Source: an uncultured Gemmatimonadales bacterium
GTDB lineage: Bacteria; Gemmatimonadota; Gemmatimonadetes; Gemmatimonadales; Gemmatimonadaceae
Length of the DNA stretch: 64,000 bases
Direction: 5' to 3'
Assembly: GCA_963701965.1 (NCBI GenBank)
Contig: OY969695.1
Span: forward strand, 2,048,001 to 2,112,000
The notes under the pieces were generated by a model. The model saw only the letters and a list, made by a program, of their open reading frames with translations, had not been told where the DNA came from and did no database searches. This document shows positions 60,337 to 64,000 of the stretch, in pieces (position 1 is the first letter of the stretch; every line of letters begins with the position of its first letter). Position numbers and translations under genes: made by a program.

Positions 60337-62718
60337 CTAGTCTGAACGCAGAGCGCTGGCCGGCGCGATGCGCGTGGCACGCCGTGCCGGCAGATACGCG
60401 GCCAACGCCGCGACGGCGAAGAGCACGGCGCAGGCGCCGGCCAACGCCACGGGATCGAAAGGGCTCACCTCGAACAAGAGCGACGCGACCAGACGCGCGG
60501 CAACCAACGCGCCGCCGACGCCGACGGCGGCGCCAATGCCCGCCACGCGCAGTGCCCGGCCCAGCACCTCGCCACGCACGCGGTCCGGCGAGGCGCCGAG
60601 CGCCATGCGCACCCTGATCTCCCGGGTCTGCTCGCGGACGGCGGACGCCATGATGCCGTAGAGCCCGATGGCGGCGAGGACCAGCGCGACCAACCCAAAG
60701 CCGGACAGCAGCAGCGCGTTCAAGCGCGGCTGCGCCAGCGGGCCATCGAGCAGCTCATCCATGGTCTGCGCGCGCCACACCGTGACACGCGGATTGGCGC
60801 CGCGCACGGCCGATCGGATCGCGCCCAGCGTCCTGGCGAGTGGCGTGGTCGTGCGCACCACCATGAACCCCTGCCACGCATATTGACGCCAGGGCACGAA
60901 TACCGTGGGCGTGGCCTGGCGGAGGGCGCGGTACCGGATGTCGCCGGCCACGCCAACCACCGTCCGCCACATGGAGTCGCCCACGAACTTGATGCGTTTC
61001 CCAACCGGATCCTGACCCGGCCAGTACTGACGCGCGAGGGCCGCGCTGACCACCGCCACGTCCGGCCCCTGCTCGCGGTCGGTGTCGAGAAAAGCCCGGC
61101 CGCGCACGATCGGGATGTTGAAGGCGCGGAAGTAATCTGGCCCTCCAGCCTCGATCGGAGTCATCGGGTTCGTCGCGGCTTCCGCGTCCGATTGCCCCTC
61201 GGCCTGGAAAACACGGGTCCACACGTTGGGTCCCAAGAACGGCGGCACGATGACCGGCGTCGCTGCCGTGACGCCCGGCGCGACGGCGAGGTGGGACAGG
61301 AGCGCGTCGAGCATGGCGTGCCATTTCCGTTCCGTCGCGTATTCGCTCGGAGGGAACGTGAGCGGAAGAAAGGACAAGTGATCTGAGCGGTAGCCGAGGT
61401 CGACGGTCTCGAGGCGTTGCAGCGTGCGCGCGAGTAAACCGGCGCCGGCGAGCATGAGCACCGCGAGGGCGATCTGCGAGGCGACGAGCAACTGTCGGAT
61501 GCTTCGGCCGCGGCGCGTGGAGCGCCCCGAACGCTCGTCGAGGCGAATGGGGCCGGTGGGATTCCGGCGCACGGCGGTCAACGCCGGCACGACACCAAAC
61601 AGGAGCACGGACAGGAGGGCGATGCCGGCGACCGTGCCAACCGGGAGGCCAGCCACGCGCACGGCGTCGAGGCGCGGGAGTCGCGACGGCGCCGCCGCCA
61701 CCAGCGCGCGCCGGCCAATCTCGGCGCACACGAGGCCGAGCAGACCGCCGGCACCCGCCAGAAGTCCACTCTCGATCAGGAGGGGCCGCACGACATCGCC
61801 ATACGCCGCACCGAGCGCGCGGCGTACCGCCAGCTCGCGATGGCGGCTCGCGGCGCGCAGCAGCAGGAGATTGCCGACGTTGACACACGCGATGAGCAGG
61901 AGCAGGCCGACGGCTGCGGTGAGCACCGTCAGCGCCGGGCGCACGTCGCCGACGATGGCCGTGGAGAACCCCCGAATGTCGGCGGTGGCGACATTCAGCA
62001 CGGCAGGGCGCTGGCGGTCGATCCGCTGCGCGATGGCGAGAAATTCCGCGCGCGCGGCGGCGGGCGTCGCGTTGGGCGCGAGGCGCGCGATGATATCCTG
62101 CTGTTGCGGAAAGGGCGGGATGACCCAGAATTCAGCGCCAACGGGGAAGCCGAGACCGGGCGCGGCGACGCCGATGATCGTATACGTGTTCTCGTTGACC
62201 GGGTCGGTCAGTCGGCGCCCGAGGATGGAGCGGTCCCCGGCGAACTGGCGTTGCCACGCTTCATAGCTCAACACCATAGCGTGCGATGTCGAGTCCTCTC
62301 CGGGATGGAGCAGGCGTCCCAGCACCGGCTTCACGCCGAGCACGTCGAAGAAGTTGCCGTCGACCTGTGACGCGTGCATGAAGATCGGACGATCCCCGTC
62401 GACTAGCGGCCAGGCCCCGGACCCCCAATGCGCAAAGCCGACCACGGCCCGCATCGTCCGGCTCCCCCGCCGTAGCATGTCGACTTCCTGGGGCTGGAAC
62501 GGCGCGTCGACACCGGCCCGGTCCAACGAACGCGGCAGCACAATGCTGCCCTGGTCTGACACCGGGAGCCCGCGCAACAGCACGGCGTTGAACACCGTCC
62601 ACATCGCGGCGGCCATGCCGATGCCGAGTCCGAGAATGAGTACGGACGTCGCGGTGAACGTGGGCGCGCGGCGCAAGCCGCGCACCGCGATGCGAATTTC
62701 CTGGGCAAGCCGGTCCAT
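60337..62718 (-). CDS. ADOP-type duplicated MacB/FtsX ABC permease
   Basis: LGLGIG, LLLIACVNV.NLLL, RRALGA, GLYG, RMALGA, YLPARRA. Confidence 0.92.
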   Translation of the reverse strand: MDRLAQEIRIAVRGLRRAPTFTATSVLILGLGIGMAAAMWTVFNAVLLRGLPVSDQGSIVLPRSLDRAGVDAPFQPQEVDMLRRGSRTMRAVVGFAHWGSGAWPLVDGDRPIFMHASQVDGNFFDVLGVKPVLGRLLHPGEDSTSHAMVLSYEAWQRQFAGDRSILGRRLTDPVNENTYTIIGVAAPGLGFPVGAEFWVIPPFPQQQDIIARLAPNATPAAARAEFLAIAQRIDRQRPAVLNVATADIRGFSTAIVGDVRPALTVLTAAVGLLLLIACVNVGNLLLLRAASRHRELAVRRALGAAYGDVVRPLLIESGLLAGAGGLLGLVCAEIGRRALVAAAPSRLPRLDAVRVAGLPVGTVAGIALLSVLLFGVVPALTAVRRNPTGPIRLDERSGRSTRRGRSIRQLLVASQIALAVLMLAGAGLLARTLQRLETVDLGYRSDHLSFLPLTFPPSEYATERKWHAMLDALLSHLAVAPGVTAATPVIVPPFLGPNVWTRVFQAEGQSDAEAATNPMTPIEAGGPDYFRAFNIPIVRGRAFLDTDREQGPDVAVVSAALARQYWPGQDPVGKRIKFVGDSMWRTVVGVAGDIRYRALRQATPTVFVPWRQYAWQGFMVVRTTTPLARTLGAIRSAVRGANPRVTVWRAQTMDELLDGPLAQPRLNALLLSGFGLVALVLAAIGLYGIMASAVREQTREIRVRMALGASPDRVRGEVLGRALRVAGIGAAVGVGGALVAARLVASLLFEVSPFDPVALAGACAVLFAVAALAAYLPARRATRIAPASALRSD

Positions 62719-62731
62719 GATGCTGCCTCCG

Positions 62732-63835
62732 CTACGGTTTCTGCACAGTATCCCGCCACCACCGCTCCAGATCACCCGCGTATTCCGGAAGTTGGGCCCG
62801 CATGAGCCCCAACACGCCACTGCTATCGACGGGCGCGGCGAACAGCGCGCGCAAGCCGGCGATGCCGCGATGCTGATACACTCCGCCAACGAACAAGGCT
62901 CCCGTCGCATAGAGCGCGTCGGCTTCGCCCGGTCCCGATCCGGAGTACGGCACCAGGTCCGAGAGGTGCGCGGCGGGGTGCGCGCGCTGGTACTGGCGCA
63001 GCAGCACGACCATCTGATCGCGGTCCCGGCCTTTGGAGCCGGCGAACCACGTGGCGAAGCCCTCGTTTACCAGTTGCGAGTGACTCTTGGCCGCCCCCAA
63101 GGTCGCATGCACCAGCTCATGGAGATAGCCGTCGCCGAGCACCGGATCGCCCGAGAGCACGATGCCCGCGGGCAGCGCCTGACCGCCGAGGCCGGACGTC
63201 GGACCGGATGGGAGTGGGAAGAAATCGAGCCCCAGGATCCGTTGGTAGTCCTCGGCCGACGCCGTGACGTAATACCGGAGCGAGTCGGGCGGCTGAATGG
63301 CAAAAAGGGTCGCGAGGGAATCGATGAACCGGCCGGCGCGCGCGACCGCCTCGGGATGCACGCGCTGCCCGGGCTGGTACCAATACGTGATGCGCCCCGC
63401 GCGATGCTGCTCCCAACCCCGCGTCTGTCGCGGCAACGCATTGCTCAACGCCCACGCGCCGCGCTCGCGCACGGCGTAGAGGCGCTCGAGAGCGAGCGGA
63501 TACACCCCAGTGCTCTCCGCCTTCGCGTACAGGATCTTCACCACGTACGTCGTGTCGCCCGGCGTGGTCCCCACGACGCCGAGAATGGTCGCGGGGAATC
63601 CCTGACGGACCAGCGTGCACGTCAGGTCCCCGTATCTCCGATCGATCGGGTCCCGCCTGCTCCACCGGTCGCTCTCGCAGCCGGGATGCTGGAGATACGC
63701 GCGAACCATCGGCACGATCGCGCCGACGTCGGCGGCCGTCGTGTCGACGCCAAAACTGAGACCGACCGACGGCGCCGGCTCCTGCGCCGCGATCGGCCCG
63801 GCGACGACGACGGCCGCCAGCCAGAGGGTCCGCAC
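62732..63835 (-). CDS. Secreted protein with gluzincin-like motif
   Basis: Signal peptide, HELVH...NEGFA; start inferred. Confidence 0.7.
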   Translation of the reverse strand: MRTLWLAAVVVAGPIAAQEPAPSVGLSFGVDTTAADVGAIVPMVRAYLQHPGCESDRWSRRDPIDRRYGDLTCTLVRQGFPATILGVVGTTPGDTTYVVKILYAKAESTGVYPLALERLYAVRERGAWALSNALPRQTRGWEQHRAGRITYWYQPGQRVHPEAVARAGRFIDSLATLFAIQPPDSLRYYVTASAEDYQRILGLDFFPLPSGPTSGLGGQALPAGIVLSGDPVLGDGYLHELVHATLGAAKSHSQLVNEGFATWFAGSKGRDRDQMVVLLRQYQRAHPAAHLSDLVPYSGSGPGEADALYATGALFVGGVYQHRGIAGLRALFAAPVDSSGVLGLMRAQLPEYAGDLERWWRDTVQKP

Positions 63836-64000
63836 GACACGGATGTAGCTCGGGGAAACGGCGCGCGCTAGTTCTGTCCGCTGACCGTCGCGCGGACGAG
63901 CAGGATGTCTTGTCGCTGGCGTTGTGTGCGAGCTGGTCGAGCGCACGAGCAGGGCGGTGAGCGACCTGCCGCCATTTGGTATCACCCCATTCTTGTTGTC

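Overview
GC-rich, very compactly packed bacterial chromosome segment. A Gemmatimonadota-like origin is inferred from gene content, not verified. It holds about 60 accessory and housekeeping genes: copA-csoR, a CLC antiporter with MarR, many secreted hydrolases (S8, S9, M20, M23, CocE/NonD, GH30, GH79, MBL), orphan histidine kinases, LytS/LytTR pairs (two intact, plus remnants), RND and Mla transporters, c-di-GMP enzymes, a TonB-dependent receptor and paaK. I see no rRNA, tRNA, CRISPR array, prophage or transposase. The most interesting signals are: (1) a stand-alone ZU5-like lipoprotein with an HF|S autoproteolysis motif, coupled to a TPR-HD-GYP protein behind a sigma54-type promoter; (2) a DUF2946-like Cys/His/Met and polyproline leader ORF followed by mutually exclusive hairpins at the TonB-dependent receptor start; (3) a c-di-GMP-I riboswitch before a GH30 lipoprotein, divergent from a GGDEF-EAL gene; (4) a window-wide TANNNT-N5-8-ATG leaderless signature; (5) 21-bp-period LytTR-type operators; (6) several deletion junctions, 1-nt frameshifts and recurrent CGATG>CAATG changes that may be real decay or sequencing artefacts. 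All calls come from motif reading by eye; no searches were run.
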